49,172 nt of DNA, filler included, from Sphacelaria rigidula (GCA_964200075.2; 2 parts of 2 records of this genome joined end to end with filler, not necessarily neighbours in it); one strand, 5' to 3'; counted from the first letter of the whole stretch, positions 12,801 through 23,744 are shown. Made by a program: numbers and translations. Notes: a model not told the origin generated them from the letters alone.

Positions 12801-15517
12801 CGCTGGCCAGATCCTGATCGCATGCAAAACGTTCGACTTACGACAATGTTCGACTGTATATCCGCGAGCGAACTCCTCCACCGCCTGAGTTGCCTGATAG
12901 CATTCGAGCGGTGCGCGTTTATAGCCTTGGTGCCAGATGCCTCGCACATGGAATCGTGGAGGGCATGCGGCGAAGCATTGAGCTACCGTCGATTATGTCG
13001 CAGACGCCGGCGGGACGATGCAAGACGATGTTGAGCAAGTGTGTATCCGGTGAAAGCGACGCCCCCCAGGAAGGAAGAGTGCGTTGCGGTCGTGAGGGAG
13101 CAAAATCACGAACGGCGTGCAAAGGTGGATGTTGTGTCAAGAGTCTCACAGTAACGTGGGCTGATGGTCTGAAGAGCAAAGTCCGAGGGATCAGACGGGC
13201 GAGGAACACCCTCAATCGTTGGCACCGAGCGCAAAATAAGGGGAACTCGACTCCCGTAGCTCAGTTCGGCTGAACCATGCCGACAAGGAGCACGTGCACT
13301 GCACCGCAGTGTCGACATATGAGATTTTTGTCGAGTTACGAGTGCGCGAAGGCGGTAGTTTGCAAGGTTAAAGGATTCACTGTGAGATGGCATGAAATAT
13401 TCGGGACAACAATAGATCTCACCAGCTGTCGAATCCCATCTTGGCTGACGCGCCAGAAGGGGTTGCCCGTAGCGATACCCAGTTGCACACGCAGTAGGTG
13501 GTCGAATCTGTGCCGCACAAACGGCGGAAGAGTCAACAAAGTGGACACGCGACCGAATGTAATCATCTGGGGCTTCTGTGTGACGACTTGTGCGTAGGCC
13601 CTAATTCTTTCGGGAGCATCTCTTCCGCAACTAGGAATGACGGTATCTTCCAGAACATGCAGATATGCTCAACATAAGCATAGATCAAATCCGATGGGAC
13701 ATCGCCAGTCTCATGGCAGGGGTACCCGCCCACCCCACCGCACACCGCAAAGCACAACGATTTGTTCTTGCTCTGCGCAGGGTGACATGGTCAAGGATTT
13801 TAGCATGTTTCTATTACGGAGTACGTAAACATGAATATGATACCTTGTGGGGCATATTTCTTATGGGCGCGGAAAGCTGCGACGGCAGACCTGTGTTTGG
13901 GGAGTTTCTGCCCGTTGAACGCAAACGTCCGTTGGCCATTAGCCCGAGACACGACTGACGAAACCTACATGCACAATAGACGCAACAAGCACAACAGCAG
14001 GAAGATCATACAGTGCAGTTTTATGTCACTCGATGTTGCTCTCAATTCTTGCTCGTTTCTTGGGTGTTTGCTGCCACACAGACTCACAAAAACGCCGGTC
14101 ACGAGTACTGGTGGGGATGCAAGTGCAGCACCAGGATTGCCCAGCAGACAACTGGAGGAACGCCAACAGAATCAATGGGCGTGTACCATTGCACCAAGAC
14201 ACGTCAGGGGGAAACACCGAAGAACAATATTTGCAACTGACGGAATCAACTCGGTTCCTTGGCACCGGATAACATGACGACCAGCCTACTTGTCAGACTG
14301 ACGCGTGTCGTGTGCTTGCTCATCTACGTGGGCTCTCCAGCCAACAGCAGCGCATCGTGGCGAGGGTGTAGTTCCCGTCGACAGGTTTACTGGACATCAT
14401 TGATACTGACCTTGACATCGCTGAGGTTGCGAGTAACGTCGCGGAACACAAGCTCTACCTCAGCATGCGCCGCCGATGTCAGGTCGGCGTTCTTTGTAGC
14501 CGTTCGTGTGTTTAATGCAGCGTGAGGTGGCGGGAAGGCAAGCAAAGCGGAGACGGAAGTGAAGATCGGCCTTGATGAGCGGTAGTGGCAGGTGCATATT
14601 GTGTGAGAGTGGATAAATAACGCGATCCGTTAAAGCCGTTCATGATGCTTTGCTGATCGAGTACCCCCACGATCAGCACCTCGTGAGCCCAACATCCGAG
14701 CCAAACACAAATACATGATCACTCGAAGATGGCTTGATTCATCGTATGTGTGTGTAGAGGAGAGGAGGGAGGCGGGGGGGGTCGGATACTGTCGTTATCC
14801 TATTGTGTGTGCTGTTGTGCCAAAAAGGTCGGGGAAAACATAGACGGTGTGCCATAGTTTTCAAGTAACCTAATGAACACCGAAATCTCCAGGAAAGATG
14901 TGTCAAACGACCGCACAAACCGTGCTGTGACGTCACCAATTTTTATCCCCACAAGACGATACCTTGGACCCTTGTTCTTTCACGGGTCTTGCAACCACCC
15001 CGTTTACGGTAACGGGGTTCTGCGCCCGACAGTGACTATACGCCAAGGGGTCAATGGATAAGAAAAGCACGGCGGCGCTGGTTGGGGCTCCTTAGTGTGA
15101 GGGTCGTTCGAACTGTATGATGCAATTGACGTTGATCACGTCTCCGCTTGGCTTACTTCAAGCATCGTGAGCAGAGACAGTACGGTAGAGGCAGGTATCT
15201 AAATATGAAGAAGTAGAGGACGGTTCTCGTATGTAGAGAAAGGATGCAGCGCCCGGCAAGGAGGATACAACCGCCAGCGGGAAGAATACATCACGGTACG
15301 CATACAGCAAAGGTACGGTGAATAGTATATAGTATTGCATCATTTCACGCAACTTTACCCGGTGAACTTCAGACTCTCTTTTCAGTGAGGCAGTGTACAG
15401 CATCACGCGAATGATGTCTAACCTGTCTGGCTCCTAGCTGGGTGGCACTTTCCCCGAGGCCGAACAAAATAGCGTTCAGCAACGTCGATTTCCCCGCACC
15501 GTTTGCACCAGTGATGC
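802..15517 (-). CDS. Divergent SMC-family (structural maintenance of chromosomes) ATPase, multi-exon; 5' end unresolved, 3' part beyond window start
   Basis: 19 exons join in consistent phase with AG acceptors and GT (possibly two GC) donors: 15423-15517, 14411-14491, 13891-13964, 13423-13507, 12842-12982, 11692-11754, 11170-11286, 10556-10672, 9840-10048, 9154-9334, 7740-7817, 5953-6283, 5315(or 5303)-5408, 4666-4765, 4163-4260, 3249-3452, 2394-2478, 1496-1691, 802-895. Motifs appear in SMC order: ITGANGAGKSTLLNAILFGLGE (Walker A), AEVELVFRD, RTFAFNG, NPFWRVSQDGI (Q-loop), MCEASGTK (EEAAGT-like), ~300 aa coiled coil, hinge (GFLFELFEL...GSLTVWIC...AMRKALGGWVIAAD...PGEVVGG), second coiled coil. 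Confidence 0.88.
1496..1691 (-). CDS. SMC exon (second coiled coil)
   Basis: cag|TGC...ACA G|gtggtg; CTQRLSESERIVAAARENLRWVDAERAGLDMKHL...ATET. Confidence 0.8.
2394..2478 (-). CDS. SMC exon (second coiled coil)
   Basis: cag|G GAC...GAG|gtatgt; DLTRRLQSGTELARLQARRARLKREHEE. Confidence 0.82.
3249..3452 (-). CDS. SMC exon (hinge end, GxxxGG)
   Basis: aag|C GAC...; DEVSALLLSELRQSSITVHCVRHAPGEVVGGETWGEGAKLRAKAEFDLAVRTYTERTEALEACAEGS; donor inferred as AG|gcatga. Confidence 0.8.
4163..4260 (-). CDS. SMC exon (hinge)
   Basis: cag|GTG...GCA GA|gtgaga; VIDPASLVVWDSSDASVTAAMRKALGGWVIAA(D). Confidence 0.88.
4666..4765 (-). CDS. SMC exon (hinge)
   Basis: polypyrimidine tract + cag|G CCC...AAG|gtcaag (alternative donor at 4660); PAERLRSAAHGWQRRCTQVSKALEWARRRWPGK. 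Confidence 0.78.
5315..5408 (-). CDS. SMC exon (hinge)
   Basis: cag|CG GGC...GTA TG|gcaagt (or ...CG|gtaacg ending at 5303); GSLTVWICASSKEADEALDLANANGAGLRVW. Confidence 0.82.
5953..6283 (-). CDS. SMC exon (end of arm, start of hinge)
   Basis: cag|GAA...TTG T|gtgagt; EQRRVQRSRH...GHRGFLFELFELKQQDSNAEKCFQGLASLL. Confidence 0.85.
7044..7245 (+). mobile_element. SINE family A, 5'-truncated copy
   Basis: ~200 bp highly similar to 17878-18075 (caccgtgggaagcgtga...gagaccacggactcgtcccgaggaaggg...gtgcaaagtgcga). Confidence 0.8.
7246..7650. repeat. AT-rich microsatellite array, mainly (AATAATG)n and variants
   Basis: Direct 7-mer repeats with ATAAT/ACATAAT variants, directly following the SINE 3' end. 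Confidence 0.95.
7740..7817 (-). CDS. SMC exon (coiled coil)
   Basis: tag|GTT...GAG|gtgagg (alternative donor after 7698); VWESMKRVGSPLHSTEDVQKHLRGIE. Confidence 0.7.
8393..8710. repeat. Diverged direct duplication, 185-bp spacing
   Basis: cgccatcg...gtctccacgcatca...gggttcgtggctcaaa...acacacgg at 8393-8520 and 8578-8710. Confidence 0.75.
9154..9334 (-). CDS. SMC exon (coiled coil)
   Basis: cag|C CGA...GAG|gtacaa; RGNPEEALRAVRQSLDDDHKAVVASAEARH...VAGDLDE. Confidence 0.85.
9840..10048 (-). CDS. SMC exon (coiled coil)
   Basis: aag|GCT...GGA AG|gtgtgt; AKLETVALREKEGLDAQWGRILQDSERERRGLEAKSTVLRDRIVSLRERRGRLEEEVRRTRSRLMAAEG. Confidence 0.85.
10556..10672 (-). CDS. SMC exon (coiled coil)
   Basis: cag|AGC...GAG|gtgatg; SEMTRLGERRSGQDDQDGSEALQKKLLGVLTDLVQASTE. 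Confidence 0.78.
11170..11286 (-). CDS. SMC exon (coiled coil)
   Basis: cag|ATT...GAG|gtgaaa; IEEELDSIPAKMKILDHDIAKAEERAAAGLVERLTSKLE. Confidence 0.85.
11692..11754 (-). CDS. SMC exon (coiled coil)
   Basis: aag|GCA...GAG|gtgatc; ALEETVGKEGAHLQAMDRVRE. Confidence 0.75.
11860..12375 (+). repeat. Interspersed repeat family E (unclassified), copy 1
   Basis: Colinear similarity to reverse complement of 47255-47750 (gtactcatgat...ccctacaaag...caatcaccaagcgcgaagcgccgtg...ttccagagacagccacg...catggttaccgcaaaa...acggtaacctgg). Confidence 0.8.
12842..12982 (-). CDS. SMC exon (head to coiled-coil junction)
   Basis: tag|CTC...GTC|gtaagt; LNASPHALHDSMCEASGTKAINAHRSNAIRQLRRWRSSLADIQSNIV. Confidence 0.88.
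13423..13507 (-). CDS. SMC exon with Q-loop
   Basis: cag|A TTC...CTG|gtgaga; FDHLLRVQLGIATGNPFWRVSQDGIRQL resembles the SMC2 motif VQLNVNNPHFLIMQGRI. Confidence 0.88.
13891..13964 (-). CDS. SMC exon (head)
   Basis: tag|GTT...CAC AG|gtctgc; VSSVVSRANGQRTFAFNGQKLPKH(R). Confidence 0.85.
14411..14491 (-). CDS. SMC exon (head)
   Basis: aag|AAC...AAG|gtcagt; NADLTSAAHAEVELVFRDVTRNLSDVK. Confidence 0.85.
15423..15517 (-). CDS. SMC exon with Walker A
   Basis: cag|GC ATC ACT GGT...AGA CAG|gttaga; ITGANGAGKSTLLNAILFGLGESATQLGARQ. Confidence 0.92.
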
Positions 15518-17779
15518 CTGCGGTGAGACAAAGGTGGGTGGAAGCTACATGTCAGTACGTGCGTGTGGCATTCGCGACTCTTTTCTACAGTGGAGCGGCT
15601 TAACGGTAGATGGCTGTACTGTACTGGATTGCAGCCTCGGCCACGGCATGCGATACTATACTGACGCGCTCCGTACTCTGTGTTGTGTAGCTTTTATTTG
15701 ACACTGGCAGTGATTTCCACGCCTCCTTGACGATGCGCTCGTGATCTGCGCACAATCATCCCGCCGAGTCTTTTCATAGCAGTCCAAGCTCCTGGGTTAT
15801 TCCGCCGACCTGTACGTGCCTGTCTGACCATTGCTACGCAGATAATTGCCATACCCGAGCTCACAGACACTAACAGAGACAGCTGATGGGTTATTGTCTG
15901 AAAACAGTGTAACGCTCGCGGCTTGTTTCTTTTTTCTACGCACTTCTGAACATGTCAGTATCTTTATGGGACATGACGAATATTGACTTCAAGAGATGGA
16001 CGCTGCATACTTGACCTCTACTTCACCAGGAAACCTTCACCACCCGGCAAGCAGAACCGATCTTGACTACGGGTGCACTATACATAGCATAGGTGAAGAG
16101 CAATCCCTGGTAGACCTTTCACATCAGAATGAGGTGATGCGGCATGAGAGCGGGAAGAGCTTGCCCCCACTTTGGTGTGTACAACCTCTCTGTCGGCCCT
16201 AGCGTTTGGTATAGCAAGGGCAAGAAACTGCATTTTCGTACTATATCGCTTCCCAGGGCACTGAGGCCACGCCCGTGCAAGCTGATTTGGTCGGAAAGCA
16301 CTTCGCTCCTTCACCGCAACTGTATTTTACTTGGAATGTACAAGATGTGGATACATGTACAGCATACCACATGCTGACTTGACGCTGAGAACCGGGTGAG
16401 TACAAAGCCGCGGCCCGAATCCCCCAGCGATCCCTTTTCTTCAACAATACCCGCATCCACGATGGCATAGAAACCGTCGAACAAGGGGCGGACATCGTTC
16501 ACATTATCTGCAGTTTATCTTACACGACATACAGAAGGCTCCGGCAACGACAAAGTATCTCCAGCACGAGCCCCTGAAAATACTGAGATGGTGTAGAAAC
16601 GAGTCTGAATGTCTATCCCCAGTCTCGAATCATTACACGACCCCTTGGATATCCGCGTTTTCCATACTTTCTGCAGCGTATGTTATGCTACTGCTTCGGC
16701 ACGAAGCTGTTCGCTTTTTTTCCCCCGCCCACATGTTGTTACCCGTTGTTACCTATAGTAACAACAACCTTCGTGCCCTCGAGTAGAGTCATTCAAACTT
16801 TAGTACGGAAATGAGCGATATAACACGTAATCCTTAAATACGGTATTTAGATTCCAGGGTGAAGTGTCAAAGCATGATTATTCGGAGATGTACCGTAGGC
16901 AACGAAGCACGGGCAGCAAATACTTTCAGGTCGCCACAATGCCAAAACTGGTGCATCATCGGCCAATTTGGGCGGGGTGGTGAGTTCGAATCCGGATGAA
17001 AATACTGGTTCACTTCACTCGTTTCTGTTGTGGAAAAGCGAAAGAACGTGGTTAAACAGAGGGTCGACGAGAGGAGACGCGAGAAATCACTCGACTCGTG
17101 TTCATGTAAGGCTTTGCCCGCTCTCTCTCAAATTTTGTCCGAGTATGGCTGACACAACGAGGAGTAACGTCATATTCATGTTGGGTGTCAGCGCCGTTGA
17201 CGTTCGAAAGTTGCTGAGAAAAAAAGAAAAAAATGTATGAACTCTTTTTGTCTTGCACTTCATTTTGTTTTTCATCTCCCATTCTCGCGTATCCTCCGGC
17301 GAATGTTTTCGCTACCGACACGCAGCATTGACGTCAGAGGTTGTCATCGGAGGATTCGAGAAAAAAGTATATCCCTTCCGGAAACAATGGTCGTTTGTAC
17401 TGAGAACGAGAAGGTTTGAAATGATCGGATATATTTCCTTCAATGGCTTGATTGTTGTTCGGACGGTCCAATATCGGGCTCCGATAGATTTCGGTTCTAT
17501 GGAGTAAGACCAATCAAGGACACGCGCTGAATGGCAACCTCTGAAAGTTCTACACTTTTCTACGAGTGTTGGTATGGTTGAAGGCGTCTGCCACGGCGAA
17601 GGGAGTGGAGAAGGTGTTCATGTCGCTACGCGCGAACGGTGGATTACGAGGTGAGGAAGTATGAACACGTGCGCGTTTCCGAGGCAGACTAGTCGAAGGA
17701 AAGGCCGCCCGTCAATTTTCCCGTGCCGTGTAAGTCGTGCGAGCAAGCAGAGTATGATGGAAGTATGATTCCGGTTTGC

Positions 17780-18093
17780 GCCCCGGTGGTGTAATGATCC
17801 GACTGTCACCACAATGGTGGGAAGAACGAGGGTTCGATTCCCGATGTGCAGGTTTTTTCTTCGTAGTATGTGATTTCCACCGTGGGAAGCGTGACAACGT
17901 GAGTAAACAAAGTAGTCGACTGAGTTCGTTTGACGTGAGTTGACTCGGTGCGGGAGTGCTGACCCAATCCACGACACCAAAAAGCATGGCGTGTACCGGG
18001 GAGAGATGGGCTGATCCCTTGAGACCACGGACTCGTCCCGAGGAAGGGGAGGGGTGCAAAGTGCGATAAATAAAAGAGTAAATAATATAAAAA
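17780..18093 (+). mobile_element. tRNA-derived SINE family A, full-length
   Basis: Pol III A-box-like ggtggtgtaatg and B-box ggttcgattcc (17831), shared body with two other copies, A-rich tail. Confidence 0.85.
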
Positions 18094-18632
18094 TGGTATG
18101 AGCCAGAGGGGGGAAACGGGGCCAGCGTGTCGGCGCACCGCGGACTTTCGGGGCTTTCTCTGAACGCAGCAAGGAAGATATTTCGGTTGATCGACGAATT
18201 TCCGCCTATTTCGGTTGAAGGCCACCGATCACAACATATCAGGGGTTGCAGTCGTTTATTTTGCGCAAAAAGGACTGTGTGACGCAGTCCGACAGCGGGT
18301 GAGATGTTGCATAACGGAGGAGCGGAGAGCCGAGAGGGTGAAGGCGGGGTCGCTCGAGAAATAGAGTAGACGCTATAGCGTCTTACATCAGCTCCTCGCG
18401 TCCTCCTGATAGATTTGGGCTTAGAGGTGTTCCGGGTTGGGGACATGAGGACTACCGTATTATGTAAAAATATCTCGTATAATTTAAATTGATCAAAGGC
18501 ACTTGTAAATGATCAAGGCGAGAGCATGTGTTGGGTGCATCACGTTTAGCTTCCCTCCATGAAATCCACAATCTCGAAAGACGTTACTGCGCCAGAATTG
18601 AAGGCGAAGGGACACATGATGACGTGTGACCC

Positions 18633-18907
18633 TCAATTGTTTTGCCTTCTGGCGACCCCTGCGGAGGGCTCGTTTCCGCAGACAGCGGCCGTCGAAAGGC
18701 TTTCAGCAGGGTCGGCGCGTAGGGACGATCTCGTTGAAGGCCTATTCACCATTCTGGTATGAATCGCCGCGTAGCTGCTGAACACGGCGACAGGTTCACC
18801 CTCCTCCTTAGCGACCACATGGCAAAGGTTTTTGTCCAGGTGCACACATTGCCAAAGTAGGAAAGGGACCTGGTACTCGCGGCTTTCGATACTCTTGGGA
18901 ACGCAGT
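18633..18907 (-). CDS. Candidate terminal exon of an unidentified gene
   Basis: Pyrimidine-rich ctcctcctccag acceptor, open frame CVPKSIESREYQVPFLLWQCVHLDKNLCHVVAKEEGEPVAVFSSYAAIH...RQNN*; no motif recognised. Confidence 0.35.
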
Positions 18908-21900
18908 CTGGAGGAGGAGGGGCAGGCCGTGTAAAATGGGACGCGACAAGGCGACGGGCACATGGATCGGAACCCCACAGAACGTGCCACGGCAGCCTGA
19001 GACAGAGGCTGGGAGGGTGGAACATCGTGCTGAGGATAGTAGTGAAGAGAGAAATGACTGGGGTAGTGGGCATAGCCAGGAAGTTAATTAGGGTAGTGAG
19101 GAGGAGGAGGAGGAGGAGGAGGAACCAGACGGAGTCGCGGCAGCACAGAGAGCCAGAGTGAACACAGCGAGTGGGGACGAGGTGGCGGTGAACCTACGCT
19201 AAGGGGAAAATGTCATCAACACCCCTTCTGACGAAAACAGAGTGGTCAGCGGAGAACACTTTCGTGCCTCCTATAAGCCAGCGCGGGCGTGCGAGGCAGT
19301 CGAAAAGGCTGTTCCCTCGTGATTCCTGAAGGCTTATTAGTGTAAGTACAATAGCGGGCCTGTTGTGACATACTACGTAGTAAGAACAAACCATGTACGA
19401 ATAGTGTAGGGTACCGCTCGCGAAGTAGTCTTTGTTCCTCAGCATCCACACACACGGGCACAGGACAGAACCCCCTAGCGCAAAAAGATTTACCAAGACT
19501 CGGACGGTTCATTCTCTGGCCGACCAGGCATGCGGTATCCGAATGTAACCGTGCGTCGGACAAGAGTGTTCCAGCTCGCAGTCACCGCAATGTCTCCTGC
19601 AGCGGTTGGTTTGCGCGTAAACATCACCATGCTTTGGGGGCACATTGATATGAGGTTCTACTGCTTACGGATCGAAGGGCGGAAAAACAGTGGAAAAGGG
19701 GTAGCAACAACGGACCGCGCAAGTATTTACGTGGCTTCGACCGTGTTTTTTCAAAGTGGCCGCGGGTCACATGGATGTCACCACCTGTACCCCCGCCCAC
19801 CTCCGTCACTACGCACACACATGTTTCCACTCCACACGTGTTGCATCGAAACGCAAGAGCTCGATTCGCGTGTAGAAAATGTGCCCCGCAACCCACGGGA
19901 CCAAGAAGGGAGACATGAGAATCAAAGGAGACACACCGGTAATGAAGTGTTTTTGTTCCATCCTCAAAAACGGTCAGGGAGGGGCGGGGGCCGGGGTGGG
20001 GGGTCGCAATACCCGATCCTGATATCCATGAGTACCCTTCTACATGCCGCAGGCGTGAGCTGGGCCATAAGGTGTACGACTTTACTTTGATATGCGCATC
20101 CCTTCTTCAGATTCACATTTTTGTTCATGGCATGCCGTCGAAGGCTCCTCTGTCTCTGCACGGACGATGCAATTGAAGACACGACCAACAGCATACACGA
20201 TGTTCGGTACGTGTCAGGGGAAGATAGGTTTGTCCGGGACTTCTGTAATCGCCAAGACCCACAATCACTTGCAGCAGGCGAGGGATGTCATGTGCAAACA
20301 CCCGAACGACTCGCCGCACGAGCAGCAATCATTTGATTCACGAAGGAAGCATCTCCGATCTTAACCCAAAATTGGCTGTTCAATGTAGCTGATGGTGCTG
20401 TGAGTGAAGGGGGAAAAGGCACAACATAGCCCTTTGCCACTCATTTGGATGTGACAAAATGCTGCCGCTTTTACAACAGAGCGTGCTTGGGGCGCTTTGC
20501 AAGCTCGTGGAGCGGGGCGCTTGCTCACATGACCACTCTTACCATTCATCGTGCATAGTACTACGGAACATTACATAACGAAGTTCTGCAAGTTTGCATT
20601 CCATTGTACATGGCGTGACTGTGCTACGCGGATCATATACAAACGTGATATGCTGTACTAGGGAACTAGCGTCATTGGAACCCACGACTTACAGTTTGGC
20701 GAAGCAGATTTTACCCTGGAACTGACGGCATTCCTACATGGATACAATTGAACACACTTCACCCGGAGAGTACTACTAGTGGACGAAGCTGACACGATCA
20801 CGGCGGGGTGAAGTTTTTGCACGAGCATCGCACAAGGTTGTTGTACATACTTTACTTTGTTCCACAACCATGGGCGCTTGTTACTAATGAGGCGTCTGAC
20901 CCGGAGATGGGAGACGATGGTTCGAGAGGGACTGCAAAAAAACTGTCAAGCACGGAGGAGATGATCACCGAAGGGGGTACACCAGCACGAACTAACCCCC
21001 CCTAAGGAAGAAACAGACAACAGAAGAAACGGTCGATATAATCAAGATAAATTATACTGACCTCATAAGATCAGGTGCCGCAGGCGACCGTTCGGTTTAC
21101 GGGAGACAGCCCAACGCTCCCACTTGACACGCGAAGCCAAACAAAAATAGAGTCAAACACAGGCACCAAAGATTACCAGCCATAAAATAATATCGCATGG
21201 TTATATCCTTGTACCTCCACCAGGCCGTGGTGCATTATCCGCCGGGCTTATGCCGAGTATGTCCTTTCCCCAATCATATTTGCGCATACCTGGGGGATCG
21301 AAGTGCACTTGCCTTTAATTACTTATTTTACCGATGCCCGTTTACACGAGGGCGTCCTTAGCATACATTTTGGGTACTACAGTCGAATTCATGGGTCACA
21401 AAATCCGGTAGAAGTGGACGGAGGACCACATGCCGGGCAAAAGGGCCGAATAATTGAACAAAAACAGCTGTAGAAGTTATCGTTCACAAGCTCCCAAGAC
21501 AGCAGGAGGCCGAAGAGGATCTCTTGGTTGTGCCGCAGGCAATAAAAAGGCCGCTCAAGGACGAAATGCTTCTTTCACTCTCCCAAATAATCGACTACTT
21601 ACGATTACTTCATTAAATTAACTAATATTCGATCAAATTGACCAATCAACCCTATCTGATTAATGATCGACAATCAACAGAAATAAGATATAATTATGGT
21701 TCCCTAGATCAAATCATAACCGCGTCATACTCAGACCCTTAATTTTGGGTTGATTCACAGCCCCAATCTGTTTGCAAACAAGTTCGTGCCCACAACGACC
21801 ACCTCCGGTCCTACTGAGAACGGTACGATTTGGTATAAATTGAAGGTTTGAACTGGCGGATGACGGATTATAACGGTTCTGCGTTGGCGAATGAAGAATA

Positions 21901-23004
21901 ATCGGAGACGCGAGAATGAAGCCACCCCTCACGTTCCCCCCACGTCCTCAGTTGTGTCCAGTTACCGAGTCAAAAGCACTCCAAATCTCCAAGTCTTGAG
22001 CAAGGCAATAAATCAGTTGCGTGCGCAAGACAGCCAGTGTCTTTCAGTGCTGGTCCTCGAACTTGTTCAGATCATATCACCCACCCGCAGCCCGATTACT
22101 CGAGAGAGGGTGGAACCGGGGTATGGTGAATGAATCATTCTTCTTTTTGTTCTGTTTCTCTTGAGTTGGTCTTGTGTGTTATGTTTTTTCGGGGGAGAAG
22201 CCTTCACTAGCCCCTCAAAAAGGAGGAGGGCAACGTTCAAGGACGGAAGTCACGGGTTAGCCCGATAGCTAGCGTCTTGTACCCTCTGCGACGAGGTCGC
22301 AGCTGGGCGGAGTCAGTCTCCTTCCTTTTGTCTTGTATCTTTTTGTTTTTTCCCCTGATTTCTCGAAGTCTTGGCTTGTCTTAATAACCCCGTAATTTTC
22401 GAGCAATAAGCAAGCACTTCGATCTGGCCAGATGCAAGCCAGACCTGCGCACAGGTTCAAAAATGTTCCAGCAGTGACCGTTCGTCCAACACCTCTGTGC
22501 TGGTACAGGAAAATAGGCGACAAGGAAGTACATCACCTACACACTAAGCCCCCGAGGAATACCAGGCGCTCAAGCCAGCTCTTGCCCATCTGCCCACAGC
22601 CATCTTTATTGGACGGGAATCTGTTCAATATTGGAGAAAAGCGTGGCCACGTGCGTGTCAATTTCAACCGACACCGTGTCGTTGCTGACCCGCATGAGTG
22701 GGTGTTTTTGGTGCGCGTGTGACACGCACTACGGTTTCTCGTTGAGCTCTGAACCAAGTTGATCAATGCAAAGCACAGCGTGCCCAGCTGATCAGCAGCT
22801 ACGGTTTGAGCTATGTATAATGTGTTCGCGAGGGGACTTGGGCTCTCAGTTTCACGTGTTGTTGTGTCGGCTTCTCTGTCGTACCCTTGCATGTGCCCCA
22901 TGTTTATGTTTCCCTTAAAGCGAATAGATTACCAGTCCGCACAACCAGATTTCGAAAATTAGCCTGAGATTCTTCGAAATCTACTTGCGGAGAGAGAATT
23001 TCCC

Positions 23005-23284
23005 CAAGTTTTGCGTTCTGAAGGGTGACATTTTTGTATACCCATGGTACTAAACCCGGGTATTACCCGTATCCGACACTTCTGCACGACCCCTAGGAAA
23101 TTTACCTCACCTGGGGTAAGGGTATACCTTGGTAAAAATACCCGGTTGCGGGTGAGGGTTACTGTACAACAAGGTTCTGTAAGTTCTGTAAGATTTGCAT
23201 ACCGGGACCCGACAGTCCCGTAATTTTTTTTTTTTTATTTCATGTCCTACCGAGCATGGCCATACCCTACAAAACAAAACCTTG
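23005..23284. mobile_element. MITE-like element with CAAG(G/T)TT termini and TACCCG/GTTCTGT internal motifs, copy 1
   Basis: caagttttgcgttctgaagggtg ... cataccctacaaaacaaaaccttg; shares internal motifs with 23409-23736. Confidence 0.55.
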
Positions 23285-23408
23285 GAAACGTCTTCCTCTT
23301 GAACCGTCCTCGGGGGAATCCTCGGTGGAACGAAATAGACTAACCTCAAACCCAAACCCAAGTATGCGCAAACACCATCATGTACCGAAGCATCATCTCC
23401 GAATATTT

Positions 23409-23736
23409 CAAGGTTATGTTGTTCTATAGGGTACGATTTTTGTAGCCGGGTATTACCCCTATCCGATAGGTTTTGCGAGTTCTGTGAGCTTCCCATGCAG
23501 GTACCCCGCAGTTCCGCACGACGTCTACGACAGGTTTATGCTTGCTCAGGGTATGGATATACCCTTGCAGAGGTACCCGGGTGCGGTTAAGGGTTCCTGT
23601 ACACCTTCCATACCGGTACCCGACGTGTTCTGTATGTTCTGTGAGACTTCTATACCGGGACCCGATAGTTCTGTACGTTCTGTAAGAAATGTCACGCCCT
23701 CCCGAATATACCCGTACCATACAGAACATAATCTTG
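23409..23736. mobile_element. MITE-like element (hAT-like), copy 2
   Basis: TIRs caaggttatgttgttctatagggtacg / cgtaccatacagaacataatcttg; many gggta/taccc and gttctgt motifs; no clear TSD. Confidence 0.65.
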
Positions 23737-23744
23737 TCATGTTC

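Noticed and set aside
17780-17855. Possible tRNA genes here and near 45917 and 46340-46415
   Set aside because: A/B boxes present but no convincing cloverleaf; each is attached to a repeated SINE body.
17618-18446. Overlapping long minus-strand ORFs of 139-244 aa
   Set aside because: They run through the antisense of SINE family A; the same peptide text recurs at the other SINE copies.
20970-22330. Possible solo LTR or retroelement fragment (aataaa, purine tracts)
   Set aside because: No TG...CA ends, TSD, second copy or coding remnant could be established.
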